From Candidatus Omnitrophota bacterium (lineage in GTDB: Bacteria; Omnitrophota; Gorgyraeia; Zapsychrales; Fredricksoniimonadaceae), in contig CAJARJ010000009.1 of assembly GCA_903944345.1 (NCBI GenBank), positions 65,875 through 129,874 on the forward strand: 64,000 nucleotides of DNA. The letters are read 5' to 3'. Made by a program: the position numbers and the translations under genes. Of the stretch, positions 19,308 through 29,442 are shown in pieces (the stretch's first letter is position 1; each line of letters opens with the position of its first letter). The notes beneath the pieces were generated by a model that worked only from the letters and a program-made list of their open reading frames with translations, searched no databases and was not told where the DNA came from.

Positions 19308-21221
19308 TTATTTATCATCCTTAACAACAAAATCCGCATCAATGACACCTTCATGCCTGCTGGCAGCCGCACTCGCAGAGCTATCCTTATAATTATTTTG
19401 CGTCTTAGCATCCGAATCCATCTTCATTGCGTCTTCTTCAACTGGATCCTTCTGAGACCTGGTGGATTTATACATCCCTTCGGCTAACGAGTGAGTTAAT
19501 TTGCTCAGAGACTCCATACAGGACTTGATGCGGTCAGACGCCTTATCTTTCACTGCCTGTTTGAGTGACTCCAACGCCTTGAATATGTTATCCCGATCAG
19601 ACGCCAAGACCTTCTCGCCATAATCCTTGAGCGCTTTTTCGGTTGAATACACCAGCGCATTGGCCTGATTAACAGCCTCTGCCTCCTCCTTGTGTTTCCG
19701 ATCCGCCTCAGCAAACTTCTCGGCCTCTTTTACCATCTTCTGAATTTCCTGCTCGGAAAGCTTTTTAGGAGATAAAATCCTGATTGACTGCTCCTTACCC
19801 GTGGCCTTGTCTTTGGCCCCCACATGTACGATCCCGTTAACATCGATATCAAAAATCACCTCAATTTGCGGAACTCCACGCGGCGCGGGCGGTATTCCTA
19901 CAAGATCAAACTTGCCCAATTCGGTGTTATCATTGGCCATCGGCCGTTCTCCCTGAAGAACGCGTATCGTTACCGCAGGCTGATTGTCATCAGCTGTCGA
20001 AAATATATTGGTCATTTTGGTGGGAATTGTCGTATTACGGTCAATCATTTTAGTCATGACCCCCCCCATCGTCTCAATGCCAAGGGTCAGTGGAGTTACG
20101 TCAAGAAGAAGAACATCCTTAACCTCTCCCTTGATAATTCCAGCCTGAACAGCCGCACCCAGAGCCACGCATTCCATCGGATCAATCCCGCGTTCAATCT
20201 TCTGCCCGGCTTCTGCCTCGACAAACGCCTGCACAATCGGCATTCTGGTCGGGCCGCCAACCATGATAATTTTGTCAATCTTGATTTGTCCCCCAACTTT
20301 GGCTGACGCATCCTTCAGCGCCTGGCGGATTGGATTCCGACATCTTTCGATAATCGGACCCAGAAGACTTTCCAGTTTTGCGCGATCCAGAGTCTGGATC
20401 ATATGTTTGGGCCCTGAAGCATCCGCCGTGATAAATGGCAAATTAATCTGGGTTTGAACAGTGGATGAAAGCTCTACCTTTGCTTTTTCCGCTGCTTCAC
20501 GCAAGCGCTGAAACGCCATTTTGTCCGCTGAAATATCGATACCTGTCTCATTCTTAAACTCACTGACAACATGTCCAATCAGAATATTGTCCATATCCGT
20601 GCCACCCAGCAAATTATCTCCGCTTGTGGCCAGAACCTCAAACGTTCCGCCTTCTCCCATATCAAGAACAGTCACATCCAGCGTGCCTCCACCAAGATCA
20701 AAAACCATGATCTTCTGTTCTTTACCCACACGGTCAATCCCGTAAGCCAGACAGGCAGCTGTTGGCTCGTTGATTATTCGTAACACTTTTAACCCGGCAA
20801 TCTCACCTGCGTCTTTGGTTGCCTGACGCTGGTTATCATTAAAATAGGCCGGAACCGTAATGACCACACTCTCGACAGTATCTCCAAGATATTTCTCAGC
20901 ATCCGCCTTGATCTTCTGCAAAAGGAAGGCCGAAATCTGCTGAGGCGTATATTCTTTACCAAAAATATTAAATTTGTGATCAGTTCCCATCTTGCGTTTG
21001 GCTGCGTAAACCGTGCCTTGCGGATTGATAGCTGCCTGCCGGTGCGCAGGTTCTCCTACCAACCGCTGGCCATCTTTGGTAAACGCAACAAAAGAAGGAA
21101 ACGCCTTGCCTGAGGCGACGCCTGCGCCTTCTGCAGACGGGATAATAACCGGCCGACCGCCTTCCATGACAGCCGCAGCTGAATTGGATGTACCCAAATC
21201 AATTCCTATAAATCGTGGCAT
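19308..21221 (-). CDS. dnaK: Hsp70-family chaperone (DnaK-like)
   Basis: [10 protein letters not shown] and [13 protein letters not shown] motifs; 637 aa. A short insertion lies near the N-terminus. No grpE or dnaJ is adjacent. Confidence 0.8.
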   Translation of the reverse strand: MPRFIGIDLGTSNSAAAVMEGGRPVIIPSAEGAGVASGKAFPSFVAFTKDGQRLVGEPAHRQAAINPQGTVYAAKRKMGTDHKFNIFGKEYTPQQISAFLLQKIKADAEKYLGDTVESVVITVPAYFNDNQRQATKDAGEIAGLKVLRIINEPTAACLAYGIDRVGKEQKIMVFDLGGGTLDVTVLDMGEGGTFEVLATSGDNLLGGTDMDNILIGHVVSEFKNETGIDISADKMAFQRLREAAEKAKVELSSTVQTQINLPFITADASGPKHMIQTLDRAKLESLLGPIIERCRNPIRQALKDASAKVGGQIKIDKIIMVGGPTRMPIVQAFVEAEAGQKIERGIDPMECVALGAAVQAGIIKGEVKDVLLLDVTPLTLGIETMGGVMTKMIDRNTTIPTKMTNIFSTADDNQPAVTIRVLQGERPMANDNTELGKFDLVGIPPAPRGVPQIEVIFDIDVNGIVHVGAKDKATGKEQSIRILSPKKLSEQEIQKMVKEAEKFAEADRKHKEEAEAVNQANALVYSTEKALKDYGEKVLASDRDNIFKALESLKQAVKDKASDRIKSCMESLSKLTHSLAEGMYKSTRSQKDPVEEDAMKMDSDAKTQNNYKDSSASAAASRHEGVIDADFVVKDDK

Positions 21222-21302
21222 TAATAGCTCCTTTAAATTTTACTGGAAATAACCCAGATTTATTGCCTCGAATCAAAGCAAATGCAGCTGCACAACCTAC
21301 AG

Positions 21303-21974
21303 CTATTTTGTAGTGGTCACAGTTGTTGTGGTTGTCCTTGTTAGCCTTGGCGCGTACAGGGTTAACGCCTGAGCCAGCCGTTTCCCGTCTTTAACAACAT
21401 ATTCGACCCTCACCATATCGCCCGGCTTGATTCTTAACTGGACAGGCTCCAGCCCGGGACTCTGTCTGACCACAATCTTCCCCGGCTCAAAAACAAAAAA
21501 GGAGAAATTATCCCCTGCTTTTTCAAGGGCTGATGACCTGACAGCCAGAGTCAACGTTCCGGCGTCATTGATGTCCACAACTTCACCATAAGTATTCTGA
21601 TAGACCGACAAAGACTGGGGATCAACTGTAATCTTCTCTACAAACATCTCCTTGCGACCATTGATCATATCAATTGTGACATGTTGGCCAGGTTGTAAAT
21701 CCAGAACAGAGAGCAGTTTGTTGTCAGCAGGATCAGTGACCCGGGTTTCATGCTCGCTAACTCTGTACTCGGTTACTGCCCCTGTCCTTGGCGACGCATC
21801 GGCTTCAAGTTGCAGCTTGCCAGACCTGGTGTCCAGCCAAGTGATTTCACCCGATATGCGTTGCATCTCTTGCGCATTTGAAGCACGAGTAAAGATGCCA
21901 ACTAAAAGAACCGCAAACGTGAGCACAACAATCCTTCTGAAATATTTACAACTCATAATATGAATTCCTTTCAA
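21303..21974 (-). CDS. Secreted hypothetical protein
   Basis: Signal-peptide-like N-terminus (IVVLTFAVLLVGIFTRASNA). No recognisable motifs. Confidence 0.4.
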   Translation of the reverse strand: MKGIHIMSCKYFRRIVVLTFAVLLVGIFTRASNAQEMQRISGEITWLDTRSGKLQLEADASPRTGAVTEYRVSEHETRVTDPADNKLLSVLDLQPGQHVTIDMINGRKEMFVEKITVDPQSLSVYQNTYGEVVDINDAGTLTLAVRSSALEKAGDNFSFFVFEPGKIVVRQSPGLEPVQLRIKPGDMVRVEYVVKDGKRLAQALTLYAPRLTRTTTTTVTTTK

Positions 21975-21990
21975 ATTTTAGACATGTCTC

Positions 21991-22458
21991 TCAACGAATC
22001 AGCGACAAACGTCTGTTCTGGACTTCAGGTAGAACGCTTGCCAGCTGTGCCGGAATATCAGCGTTTAATTCTAATTTGACGACTCTCATGCGCGCCTGCC
22101 CCTGACTTATATCGTAGCCAGTCTGTTCCATGACTATTTTTTCGATATCTTCCAGGCTGGTATTTCCTGGATCAAATTTGACCTCCTGAATGTTCTTTAC
22201 ATCCAGCGAACTACTGGCTGTACCAGGCAAATAAATTGTACCGTTACTAAAATCAACAATATAGGCAATAACGCCAGGAATTATAAAGAACAAAAGCCCT
22301 ACTCCATCCAGAACTGCGACTCCGGCATCAATACGTCCGGATTTCTGTCCCCGGCGTTCAGGATATAGAAGAGTTCCGCACCCGGAAGATACAAAAATAA
22401 ACACCGAGCAAAACAATACATATAAAGTTTTGGTGGAAATCTGACTGATGCCTGTCAT
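21991..22458 (-). CDS. Hypothetical lipoprotein (YceK-like?)
   Basis: Lipobox SSGCGT after a signal peptide, and one predicted TM/amphipathic segment. Confidence 0.4.
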   Translation of the reverse strand: MTGISQISTKTLYVLFCSVFIFVSSGCGTLLYPERRGQKSGRIDAGVAVLDGVGLLFFIIPGVIAYIVDFSNGTIYLPGTASSSLDVKNIQEVKFDPGNTSLEDIEKIVMEQTGYDISQGQARMRVVKLELNADIPAQLASVLPEVQNRRLSLIR

Positions 22459-22693
22459 ATTCTGTCTCCTTTTTTAGTCATATCTTTTAAACGACGCGCA
22501 TCCAGCTTCTTTGGCGTTTACCCCTAAAGGGATACTACGCTCATTGAAAAACGATTCAATTGTACCGAGGTATACACCCCATCCGATCGCTCAGGCAGAG
22601 TTCGCACGCTTCCCCGCTCGCAAAATCGCCTGGTGGCAGATATTCTGACAATATTGATGTGCTTAAGGCCGGGATTTTGCAGCAGTTGGCAAT

Positions 22694-23320
22694 CTAGGGG
22701 TGATTCTCAAGCCTTGCCAGCGCTTCGGCAATTTCAAAGCTCAATAATGCAAAGGCTTTACTTAGGGCCTGAGTCAGACCCGGGTAATCATGCGGAATGA
22801 TCGGCTGCCTGAACTCCGAGCTTTTTATAAGAACAGTTTCTGAGCTTTGCACCTTGATGAGCTGCCACTGCACTACAAGGATCAGGTCTTTTTCCAGTTC
22901 GCTATCCAGTTGAACGATATTTAGCAGCACCTGGTATTTAACCGGCATCGACTGATTCCATGGATAGGCAGCTAATTCTGCCATAGGAAAGACAAGTGAA
23001 AGATTCTCCCTGATCAATCGCTCCAGACCACGATCAAGCGACTCTCCCCAGCGATCTAATTGGGAAAATTTAAGCATTCCATCCTGGTCTTGAGTTACGA
23101 TCTGAGGACGATCCTGATACTCCGGTATTTTTACCGGACCAATGCCGATCACTACGCTAACAGGCATATTTATTAACTTGCTGACTGAATCCCGGCTAGT
23201 GGCCTGTAGTTTATAAAAACGGGGTGTCGGACTGCTGGAAACAGATATGCACCCGCTAAGTAGCAAGGCCAAACATATCCCGTTTATAATCCTAAAGGGA
23301 TGTGTCCTGATCAGTCTCAT
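22694..23320 (-). CDS. PqiC/YmbA-like (DUF330) lipoprotein, ABC-transport auxiliary component
   Basis: Lipobox LLSGC. It lies immediately downstream of the MCE protein. Confidence 0.55.
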   Translation of the reverse strand: MRLIRTHPFRIINGICLALLLSGCISVSSSPTPRFYKLQATSRDSVSKLINMPVSVVIGIGPVKIPEYQDRPQIVTQDQDGMLKFSQLDRWGESLDRGLERLIRENLSLVFPMAELAAYPWNQSMPVKYQVLLNIVQLDSELEKDLILVVQWQLIKVQSSETVLIKSSEFRQPIIPHDYPGLTQALSKAFALLSFEIAEALARLENHP

Positions 23321-23321
23321 C

Positions 23322-24038
23322 TTATTCTCCTTTAGGCAACGCTTTGCCTTTCAAAATCGCTTCCGGATGCTGCTCAAGATATTCAGTCAGAAAACGTAAA
23401 GAACGCATGGACTGTTTTGTCTCCCTGATCATATCCCTGAGGTCATAGAGACTCCCGTGCAAATCACTCGAATTGACCAGTTTGTCCACTCCCCTGGTCG
23501 TTGCCTCGAGATTCTTTGCAATTTCCTTGATCGGTAATTCATTCATAAGATCAAAAATATCCAGAGGCGTAGGAAGCGTGGGCAACTCGGGGTACTCTTT
23601 GAGAATGCCTCGCAATTTTGCCGGCGTATCAGGATACAAATCAAATGAGATCAAAAGCTGTCCAGTCAGGAAACTCTGGACTTCAAGTTGTCCTCGCAGC
23701 CCCAGCGCAATCAGTTTTCTGTCTCCATCCTGTTCGCCGAAACCCGGAGTACCCTTTATACGGCCCTGTTCAATCTCCACAATGACCGGGAGCATCACAG
23801 TCCCGGCCTTCGAGTCATAAATAAGACTGATCTCTTTCACAACCCCAATGCTGACACCGCGAAACATGACCGGCGCTCCAATATCCAGACCTTTCACCGA
23901 ACCATCAAAATACAGGACAAATTTATTCGTACGCCTGAATATTTGCCCGGAACCAAAAGCCACAATAGCTATCAATAAGAACAGAATAGCCACAACCACA
24001 AACAGACCGATTAAGGTTTTATTCGCTGTTTTATTCAT
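23322..24038 (-). CDS. mlaD: MlaD-like MCE-domain protein
   Basis: An N-terminal TM segment followed by the MCE domain (FDGSVKGLDIGAPVMFRGVSIGVV). Confidence 0.75.
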   Translation of the reverse strand: MNKTANKTLIGLFVVVAILFLLIAIVAFGSGQIFRRTNKFVLYFDGSVKGLDIGAPVMFRGVSIGVVKEISLIYDSKAGTVMLPVIVEIEQGRIKGTPGFGEQDGDRKLIALGLRGQLEVQSFLTGQLLISFDLYPDTPAKLRGILKEYPELPTLPTPLDIFDLMNELPIKEIAKNLEATTRGVDKLVNSSDLHGSLYDLRDMIRETKQSMRSLRFLTEYLEQHPEAILKGKALPKGE

Positions 24039-24811
24039 GGTTCTGACTCCTTTGATTCCACCCCTCTTGTCAGAAAACGAACAACCCTGGAATCCGTACT
24101 ATTAGCCAATAAAAACCTCGGATCTCCGGTCGCGATAATTGTTTTACTCTCCGCATCCAGAAATGCGCCATTATTTCCGATTGCAAAAATACTGGCAAGT
24201 TCGTGCGTGATCACAACCACAGTAGCTCCCAAACCGTCTCTCAACTCAAGAATAAGATCATCAAACTTTCGGGCATTGACAGGATCCAGTCCGGCTGACG
24301 GCTCATCAAGAAAAATAATCTGCGGATCAAGCGCTATGGCTCGCGCCAGACTGGCTCTTTTGCGCATCCCTCCGCTTATTCCTGAAGGAAACAAGTCTTC
24401 CTGTCCACTCAAGCCTACCAGCGCCAGCTTAAAGGCAACAAGCTCACGAATCTGGGAAAAGGACAAGCTTGTAAACAATTGCAACGGCAAGGCAACATTC
24501 TCGCCGATCGTCATGGAACTCCACAAGGCTCCGCTTTGATAAAGAATCCCGAAACGGCACAGAATATTCTGCCGACCGCTTTCATCTTCATCCCAGAAAC
24601 TCCTGGCGTAGTACAGGACTTTACCCTTTATCGGAGATTTAAGGCCAATCAAGCTCTTGAGCAAAGTGCTTTTACCGCAACCGCTGACTCCCATAACGAT
24701 AAATATATCGCCTTTATTGACAGTAAAATTTACAGCCCGCAGCACAATATGCTCGTCGTACCCCAAATCAACATCCATAACTTGTATAACGGGCTGTTTT
24801 GCTGGTTCCAT
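24035..24811 (-). CDS. mlaF: MlaF-like ABC transporter ATPase
   Basis: Walker A GVSGCGKST, ABC signature LSGGMRKR and Walker B FLDEP. I trimmed the start to MEPAKQ. Confidence 0.8.
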   Translation of the reverse strand: MEPAKQPVIQVMDVDLGYDEHIVLRAVNFTVNKGDIFIVMGVSGCGKSTLLKSLIGLKSPIKGKVLYYARSFWDEDESGRQNILCRFGILYQSGALWSSMTIGENVALPLQLFTSLSFSQIRELVAFKLALVGLSGQEDLFPSGISGGMRKRASLARAIALDPQIIFLDEPSAGLDPVNARKFDDLILELRDGLGATVVVITHELASIFAIGNNGAFLDAESKTIIATGDPRFLLANSTDSRVVRFLTRGVESKESEP

Positions 24812-24815
24812 AAGC

Positions 24816-25943
24816 TTATATCCCCAGTGTCTGGCAGATAAACGTGATGACCGCTGTCGCAATGACAATGCCGGTTATCCCGGTAACGACTGCCGACATT
24901 GTTGCACTTGCAACGCCAACCGAGCTTCTTTCACATTTCATCCCGTGCCAGCATCCCGAGACAGCGATGATAACGGCAAACGCCAGAGAATGCACAAGTC
25001 CGATCCATATATAGCTGACCTTGACCGCCTGTTGGGTATGATTCAGATATTCCGCAAAATTAAGATGCAACATTCCGATACTGATAACCAAACCTCCCAG
25101 CACTCCCGAAATATCTGCGTATATGGTCAAAATCGGCATCATCAAAAATAATGCCAGAACCCGCGGAATGACCAGAAACTCGACCGGAGAAACACCCAAT
25201 GTTCTAAGCGCATCAATTTCTTCATTGGTTTGCATCATCCCCAGTTCAGCGGCAAATGATGCTCCAATACGGCCGGAAACAATTATTCCGGTCATCACAG
25301 CCGACAACACCCGTACCATGGCAATGCCCACGATATCGGAAATATAAATCTGCGCTCCGAACATCCTGAGCTGTATCGATGCTACAAAAGCGAGGATCAT
25401 GCCAACCAGAAAGCCTATTAAAGAAACAAGCAGAAAAGTGTCAATGCCACAGCGCCGGACCAAAAATATGAAGTCATCCCGACGAAAGTACAACTTTCCT
25501 ATCACAAGACGGCCAAAAGAAACAACAACATCTCCCAGAAATTCAAACCCGTTACGCACACTTTCATATTCCTGCAGCAACCCTACTCCCACCCGTTCAA
25601 GAAATGTCTCATGATTCTTCGCAGGCGCAATACCGCCTTTATGAGCCTTTGAGGCCAGCGCAAGCAGTCTCTGCGCAGTCTCTGGCAAGCCCGAGCGATC
25701 AACGGGAATATTCATGGATTCGCACTTACGAATCAGCTGATGTAAAAACGAGACGAGCCCGCTATCCCACTTCAAGTCCTGCGCAGCAGTAAGATTTATT
25801 TGCACAATATCAGGATGGCTGGCGAGGCAGGAGGTGACTGTATTTATTGAAAGAATGCCGGTCGCGATGCGCCAATCACCGCGCAACTTAACAAACAACT
25901 TGCCTGGATTTAAATAATCGAAAACAAGTTTCTCGGATATCAT
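24816..25943 (-). CDS. mlaE: MlaE-like permease with fused N-terminal STAS (MlaB-like) domain
   Basis: About 110 aa of STAS fold precede the MlaE permease core (several TM segments). Confidence 0.7.
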   Translation of the reverse strand: MISEKLVFDYLNPGKLFVKLRGDWRIATGILSINTVTSCLASHPDIVQINLTAAQDLKWDSGLVSFLHQLIRKCESMNIPVDRSGLPETAQRLLALASKAHKGGIAPAKNHETFLERVGVGLLQEYESVRNGFEFLGDVVVSFGRLVIGKLYFRRDDFIFLVRRCGIDTFLLVSLIGFLVGMILAFVASIQLRMFGAQIYISDIVGIAMVRVLSAVMTGIIVSGRIGASFAAELGMMQTNEEIDALRTLGVSPVEFLVIPRVLALFLMMPILTIYADISGVLGGLVISIGMLHLNFAEYLNHTQQAVKVSYIWIGLVHSLAFAVIIAVSGCWHGMKCERSSVGVASATMSAVVTGITGIVIATAVITFICQTLGI

Positions 25944-26015
25944 GCCGTCATTCTAAAGACAGCGCAAGAAACAGACAATTGTACCTGGGTACAACACAGC
26001 AAAAAGCAGGCAGTG

Positions 26016-26636
26016 TCAGGAGGAAACAATACCTGCTTGCCGGGCGAAAGAAATAAGCTCGGTTATGGTCTTGGCGTGCATCTTGCGCATGACTCGGCTT
26101 CGATGTACTTTGATCGTCTGAAGGGCTGTCCCGCGTCTGGACGCAATCTGCTTGTTCAACATCCCCCGGGCAACAAAGTGGAAAACTTCCAGCTCTCTGG
26201 GACTGAGTGTTTTAATTCGCGAACTAATCTTTTCTTTTTCGACGCTGGTTTCGTTCTGGTTCCTGCTTCTGGCCAATGCACGTTCCACCGCATCCAACAG
26301 GTCTTTTTCAGAGAAAGGTTTGGTAAGAAAATCAACGGCCCCTTTTTTCATGGCCTTGACACCCATGGGAATGCTCCCATGCCCGGTGATAAAGATAATC
26401 GGGATATCAAGATGCTCTGCCGCCATAGTTTCCTGAAGAATCGGTCCGCTGATGTCCGGAAGACGGACATCCAGAAGCAGGCATGACGGAAGCCGGGGGT
26501 GCTTGCAAGCCATAAACTCTGTTGCGCAGGAGAAGGTTTCCGCTTTGAATCCGTTGGCCATTAACAATAACGCTAATGACTTGCGAACCGAAGCATCGTC
26601 GTCAACAACATAAATAACGGACTGGCATCTGTGCAT
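26016..26636 (-). CDS. Response regulator, FixJ/NarL (LuxR-HTH) family
   Basis: REC domain (VVDDDASVR, LLLDVRLPDISG, KP) plus a C-terminal LuxR-type HTH (LSPRELEVFHFVARGMLNKQIA). Confidence 0.85.
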   Translation of the reverse strand: MHRCQSVIYVVDDDASVRKSLALLLMANGFKAETFSCATEFMACKHPRLPSCLLLDVRLPDISGPILQETMAAEHLDIPIIFITGHGSIPMGVKAMKKGAVDFLTKPFSEKDLLDAVERALARSRNQNETSVEKEKISSRIKTLSPRELEVFHFVARGMLNKQIASRRGTALQTIKVHRSRVMRKMHAKTITELISFARQAGIVSS

Positions 26637-26858
26637 AGGCTATCTTTTCTGCAGATATTTAAAAATAAAAGAGCGAGCCAATAAGGCCCCCCACCTCAGA
26701 AAGAATTATACTCTCTGTCGTCATCAAACACCAACAATAAAGAGCTCCCACTCCCGCCAAGAACGGGCTGAGCCCCTTGATATGTCAATTCATTCGAGCA
26801 AGTAAGCGGCATATGGAAACATTATCAGAAATATTAATGCTAGCGTCACGATTACTCA

Positions 26859-28118
26859 TCATAAATCCTTTCCGGAAACAGGAAGGGTAAAATAAAATGT
26901 CGCCCCGGGACCAGAATTGTTCCTGGCATCCAGGAGGCCTCCGTGCGCCTCTACTATAGAGCGACTGATCGACAATCCCATGCCCAAACCATCGAGCTTG
27001 CTCGTAAAAAAATGGCTGAACAATTTACTCAGGCTTTCCTCGGGAATACCACAGCCCGAATCCGTGACCTCAACCATGATCGAATTGGCATCCTGGAGAA
27101 AAGTTCGGAGAGTTAATTGCCTGGAATCACTGCGCTCATCCATGGCTTCCAGACTGTTGCTGATAAGATTCAGGATGACCTGCTGCAACTGGATACGATC
27201 ACCTTCTGTTAAAGGAATATCCTCTGCCAGATTAAAAACAAGGACTTTATTTCTTGCCGTAATATGCGGCATAATCAGCAGCACCGTGTCCCTGATAAGA
27301 ATATTGATATCAAGAGGCTCCAGTGATGGCTTGGTCTTTTTTAACAAAGTCCGCAACCGCCGAATAACCTCACAAGCCCGCTGGTCATCACTAATAATAA
27401 ACTGCAAAATTTCATGCAATTGAGGCTCTCTGTCTACAAGTAAACGCTGACCTGCCTGAGCATATGAGAGAATGGCTGTAAGCGGCTGACTGATCTCATG
27501 CGCCAGCGATGAAACGAATTCCGCCAGCTTGCCGACTCTTGTCACATGCAAAAGCTCCTCGCGCTGTTCCGCAATCTCCATATCCCGCTGCTTTATCAAT
27601 GTCGTATCAGTTTTGATCCCTACATAGTGAGTGACAATCCCGTTTTCATCCCGCACAGGAGAAATGCGCAGAAAACACCAGAATTTCTCACCATTCTTCT
27701 TAAAACTGAGCATTTCTCCATAAAAGATTTTTCCTTGCTCCAGTGTCTTTCTGATCTCGTGAGAAACGCGCTGATCAAAATCAGGCCCATAGAGAAGAAA
27801 ATAGTCTTTGCCTATAATGTCACCCTTCATATAACCCGTTATTTTATAAAATGAAGGATTGGCATAAACAACGAGAAATGCCTGATTTCTGGCTTCAATA
27901 ATAAAAATTCCATCAGCTGCGGCTTCCATGGCTTTGGTTCGGATATGGATTTGTTCTTCTGCAATCTTCTCTCGATCCGCCCCCAGCTGAAGCTGCCCTT
28001 GCTTGACATTCAACTCATCCGTTTTCTGGCGAACTTGATCTTCAAGACTTTGACGGGTTATTTTGTTTAATAAAGATTTTTTGCCCGGTTTAACTTTACC
28101 AACAGATTTCTTTATCAT
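26859..28118 (-). CDS. PAS-domain sensor histidine kinase (FixL-like)
   Basis: An N-terminal coiled coil, a PAS domain, the HisKA H-box HEISQPLTAIL and an HATPase domain (GLGMGLSISRSIVEAHGG). Confidence 0.8.
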   Translation of the reverse strand: MIKKSVGKVKPGKKSLLNKITRQSLEDQVRQKTDELNVKQGQLQLGADREKIAEEQIHIRTKAMEAAADGIFIIEARNQAFLVVYANPSFYKITGYMKGDIIGKDYFLLYGPDFDQRVSHEIRKTLEQGKIFYGEMLSFKKNGEKFWCFLRISPVRDENGIVTHYVGIKTDTTLIKQRDMEIAEQREELLHVTRVGKLAEFVSSLAHEISQPLTAILSYAQAGQRLLVDREPQLHEILQFIISDDQRACEVIRRLRTLLKKTKPSLEPLDINILIRDTVLLIMPHITARNKVLVFNLAEDIPLTEGDRIQLQQVILNLISNSLEAMDERSDSRQLTLRTFLQDANSIMVEVTDSGCGIPEESLSKLFSHFFTSKLDGLGMGLSISRSIVEAHGGLLDARNNSGPGATFYFTLPVSGKDL

Positions 28119-28498
28119 TCAAGCACCGCCTGGCTAATCCCTGGCAAGCCGTCAATGAGGTCAACCAGAGTCTGCCCATCCACCGGTTTCTGCAAAAAAC
28201 CAACAGCGCCAACTTCCAAAGCACGGGCGACTCCGTCAGCCTGTCTCACGGCTGAAATAAAGATAACCGGACGTCCTGACCCGGAGGCCAGAATAATTTT
28301 CTGAGTTGCCCAACCATCCAATCCGGGCATATTAACATCAAGTAGTAAACAACCTGGAGTATCCGCTGAAACAGTGTCAAAGAAATTTCTGGAAGAATTA
28401 AAAGTTTCAACCTGGAAATCAAAAGTCCCTAACAGGATCTTGAGAGCGCGGCAGACCGATTCGTCATCATCAACAACATAGACTTTCTTCATTTCCAT
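28115..28498 (-). CDS. Single-domain response regulator (CheY-like receiver)
   Basis: VVDDDESV, LLLDVNMPGLDG, KP. Confidence 0.75.
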   Translation of the reverse strand: MEMKKVYVVDDDESVCRALKILLGTFDFQVETFNSSRNFFDTVSADTPGCLLLDVNMPGLDGWATQKIILASGSGRPVIFISAVRQADGVARALEVGAVGFLQKPVDGQTLVDLIDGLPGISQAVLE

Positions 28499-28647
28499 AA
28501 GTTTACAATTACGCTCCCTGCCGATATATTTATAAATACAATCCCTTCAAATCAAAGATGGAAACAACTGAAGTCGCTTGAATTGATCCCGTCCATGAGT
28601 ATACACCCTTAAGATTCCAAAATTTCACAACATTTGTTAAGCGTCCA

Positions 28648-29064
28648 TTACAAGCAACGACTCCCGGAAAGTTCCAGCTTACCGCATGGATGACTTGACA
28701 CAATTTCGCTCTCTATGGCCCAGATTATATCCAGAGGCTGAAAGGGCTTCCTAAGCAACTTTCTAATACCGCACAAATTCATTAGCCCAAGGAACTCGTC
28801 TTTCAAGAACTCTGACATCGCAATAATCGGGATTCTCCTTGCTTCAAAAACACGATTAAGGGTAGCAGTCAATTCAAAGCCGTTTCCGCGTTTCATTTGT
28901 AATTCCATTAAAACAACATCCGGTTTATGCTGCATGACTACATCATCAGCCGACAACGGATCCATAACCAGTATAGGTGCATACCCACCCATCAACAAAA
29001 TATCTTCAATTTCGAAGATAAATTTCTTGTCCTCACCGATAACCGCTATCTTATTATTCTGCAT
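28648..29064 (-). CDS. Receiver-like domain protein with Glu at the phospho-acceptor position (pseudo-receiver)
   Basis: REC fold, but the acceptor context reads VVLMELQM (D to E). The conserved Lys is retained (LRKPF). Confidence 0.6.
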   Translation of the reverse strand: MQNNKIAVIGEDKKFIFEIEDILLMGGYAPILVMDPLSADDVVMQHKPDVVLMELQMKRGNGFELTATLNRVFEARRIPIIAMSEFLKDEFLGLMNLCGIRKLLRKPFQPLDIIWAIESEIVSSHPCGKLELSGSRCL

Positions 29065-29215
29065 AATTCGCCTTCATTTTTGTTGGCTTTTCGTTGGTTG
29101 GCTGGCATTGAACCACCCTCTTCCGGCAACTTGCTGCCGCTATTCTAACGAAATAGAAAATTGAATCAATTGTACCGAGGTATAACAGAAGCGTTTGAGG
29201 GGGGTTTTTGACTTC

Positions 29216-29254
29216 CAAAGAAAAATCCTCTGAACAGCTGTTGCCATTCAGAGG
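29216..29254 (-). terminator. Rho-independent terminator downstream of tRNA-Ser(GGA)
   Basis: Inverted repeat CCTCTGAA(N12)TTCAGAGG at 29227-29254. On the minus strand it is followed by a T-run (plus-strand AAAAA at 29221-29225). Confidence 0.4.
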
Positions 29255-29317
29255 ACTTTCTAATCTTTATTGTCGCATCCAGCGGGGCTCAATTAAAATC
29301 CCTGCTACAAAAAAAAA

Positions 29318-29405
29318 CGGAGAAGCAGGGATTCGAACCCTGGAGTCGCTATTAACGACCACACGCTTTCCAGGCGTGCGCCTTCAACCACTCGGCCACC
29401 TCTCC
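29318..29405 (-). tRNA. tRNA-Ser (anticodon GGA)
   Basis: The minus-strand sequence GGAGAGGTGGCCGAGTGGTTGAAGGC...CUGGAAA...GGGTTCGAATCCCTGCTTCTCCG folds as a class II tRNA with a long variable arm. It has G73 and no encoded CCA. Confidence 0.85.
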
Positions 29406-29442
29406 AAAAGCTGCGAAATATTATCATCCGTCAGAAAGAAAG

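Noticed and set aside
22541-22580. Sigma54 (-24/-12) promoter interpretation of the repeated 19-nt motif
   Set aside because: On the minus strand the GG and GC elements are mis-spaced (GG-N9-GC or absent), so it does not fit TGGCAC-N5-TTGC.
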